This document shows, one piece after another, positions 61,980 to 64,000 of a stretch of 64,000 bases of DNA. The first letter of the stretch is position 1. Each line of letters starts with the position of its first letter. A program made the position numbers and the translations under genes. Source of the DNA: Pecten maximus (taxonomy: Eukaryota); NCBI RefSeq assembly GCF_902652985.1, contig NC_047029.1:3844001-3908000 (forward strand). The letters run 5' to 3'. The notes under the pieces were generated by a model that did not search any database, was not told where the DNA came from, and saw only the letters and a list, made by a program, of their open reading frames with translations.

Positions 61980-63424
61980 GTAAGTGCACAGGTGTGATCG
62001 AGATCAGTTAATTAATTACAAAAAATAATGTTCGTGATAGAAACGTTATGTGGCCTAAACAACGACTTACTGTCGAGATACTTATATATAATAGCATTGC
62101 GAAAGAAACAATATGTATACCTGTAAATTCTGATACAGGTGGTTTGTACAGGTGAGAAACGGGCGATAATCATGTTATACAGGGAGTGATAGCATCTACA
62201 GGTAGATATAGCACCTCATAAATCACCTGTAATCAACACACCAAATTCCCAACATAATATACATATATGTATATATACGAGATCATGTACATTTATCAGC
62301 CTACCACGTAACTGACGATGCATTGCAGGGACATGTATGTTATCATATATATGACAATGTACAGAAAATATCAATAAAACACGTTAACTGTTAAAAAGCA
62401 AACTCTCCTAATATAGGCAATTACGTATACATGTATAAATATATGTCTATTTTATATCAGTGATACAACATATCCCGGTGTCTGAAATGGAATACAGACA
62501 CTTACACTGTACATATGTATATACTATTACATCTATTTAGCTCCTAGCTATAGTGTGTGAAAGACAATCTGCACAAAATGATACACTTATACTTTATAAG
62601 TATTACTATGGGTTAAAGTATTACTATGGGTTAAATTTAGTGTATCTCATTTAATGAGCGACACACACACACATTATTGTTTTCAGAAGTAATATGATGT
62701 AAAAAGTTTTGTTTTTTTTCATTCTCGAACCTAACCACGTATATAGTACAATGTAAGACCAATTGCATAATATATACGTGCAATAAATCATTCATCATCA
62801 ACAAAAATACGATAGAATACAGAGTTCCACCTCTGCTGTTTTTATTGTTTAGTCTCCTTAAGTTAGAATTAGTTAGCTGTATTCACCATCAATCATAGCC
62901 ACCCACCCCCTTCCCCTTTTCACGTGATCGGCATGTTATTAAGGGAATTCGTCCTTGCATTATCTTACATATGTCACTATTGTACAAAATGTCTGTCTCC
63001 GTTTAGCCTGCCACGTTTTGACTTAAAACCCTGTAGAAATGTAAATTTTCTGTGTTATGTGATAAAAAATATCTCACCATGGCTTGCGAACCCCCCTTCC
63101 AAAAAACATCGAATACTAATTTTATATACTATACAGTATATATATGTACAAGTATCAACACAGCCACATCACGCCTCATACACCATTCATGCGTTTATGT
63201 TTCTGTGCTGGAGAGTGATCTTTTATTAGTTGCAAAAGCTGTTTACGATTTTTGTCTATATTAGAAGATCCATAGCAAGTATTTGTTCTATGATCCTATG
63301 AATTCTCCATTTAGTACAATCTTGTATATCCACTTTTTGGCAGTTCAATTTCAAACTTTAACAGTATTAAGTACACTGTACAAGTAAAATCTGTAGGATC
63401 GGTGTTGGTATATGCGCTTGTTTT

Positions 63425-63610
63425 GGTGGTCGGGTGTTTCATTGGTAACGAACTCGCATTTCACCCAGCTGTTCGGGGTTCAAGTCCCAAATCTGAAATA
63501 TATAGGTATAGCGGTCACCTGCCCTGCCACGTAGCTTTTCTCCGGGTACCCCGGCTTGCTCCAACAGTACGACACTTCTTCAACAATCACACAATTAAGA
63601 AGATATAATT
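63425..63610 (+). mobile_element. Degenerate V-domain SINE of a second family
   Basis: Decayed A box, B box GGTTCAAGTCC, then GGTCACCTGCCCTGCCACGTAGCTTTTCTCCGGGTACCCCGGCTTGCTCCAACA (V-domain-like). Confidence 0.65.
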
Positions 63611-63706
63611 TTCCGTTGTACAAAGAACCTGGAATCAACTGTGAATATATGGTTTTCAATGTTGTTTTCCCTTTTGTTTCACATAACCCTAATTTACGTT
63701 TTCAGG

Positions 63707-63980
63707 ATGCATAGAGTGGAATACGCAACGAGTGGGGGGACAAATCTGAAGGAGAGGGGTCCGTACAACCCCACCCCAGCCGAAAACTACCTCAGTGGTA
63801 CGGGGAAGTCGCACGTGTACCGGGGTCCTGGGTATTATATCCCCTTAAACAACAGCTGGATCCAGTACCACGAGTACAGGGCACTTCCGCCGAAAACCAA
63901 AAGGGACGCGGTACTGTTTGAGTCCGAAGATGCCTGGGTAGAATATCAACGGAAACGAGATACTGCTCCCAAACCAAGTG
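63707..63980 (+). CDS. First coding exon of uncharacterised paralog B (gene continues beyond the window)
   Basis: Acceptor tttcag|g at 63705, ATG at 63707, donor g|gtaagt at 63980/63981 (phase 1, as in paralog A). Translation MHRVEYATSGGTNLKERGPYNPTPAENYLSGTGKSHVYRGPGYYIPLNNSWIQYHEYRALPPKTKRDAVLFESEDAWVEYQRKRDTAPKPS aligns without gaps to exon 1 of paralog A. Confidence 0.88.
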
Positions 63981-64000
63981 GTAAGTCGATTCCTCAAAGA

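Noticed and set aside
63792-63977. 61-aa minus-strand ORF from the track
   Set aside because: Antisense shadow of the real + strand exon at 63707-63980.

Overview
AT-rich, intron-rich animal genomic DNA, most likely a bivalve mollusc judging from its repeat families (V-domain tRNA-SINEs, HINE/Helentron-type elements, many MITEs and minisatellites). Manual splicing gives six complete genes and the start of a seventh. (1) CFAP210/CCDC173 (-, 9 coding exons, 555 aa) is head-to-head with (2) a PHOSPHO2-like HAD phosphatase (+, one coding exon, 248 aa); I recall the same divergent pair in human. (3) An uncharacterised leaderless 252-aa protein (-) has a Pro/Gly/Tyr-rich PPPY N-terminus and an FGF/IL-1-like beta-trefoil pattern, and is head-to-head with (4) OAF (+). 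(5) CCDC47 (-) contains a GC-AG intron. (6, 7) Two paralogous small uncharacterised genes (both start MHRxEYATSGGTNLKERGP) are arranged divergently; the + copy is absent from the ORF track. The most notable mobile element is a 383-bp miniature LTR retrotransposon (TRIM) whose LTRs each carry a tRNA-Thr(AGT)-like Pol III cassette, with PBS, PPT and 4-bp TSD, plus an older relative. Most long ORFs in the supplied track are satellite artefacts. All gene names rest on sequence recognition from memory, not on database searches.
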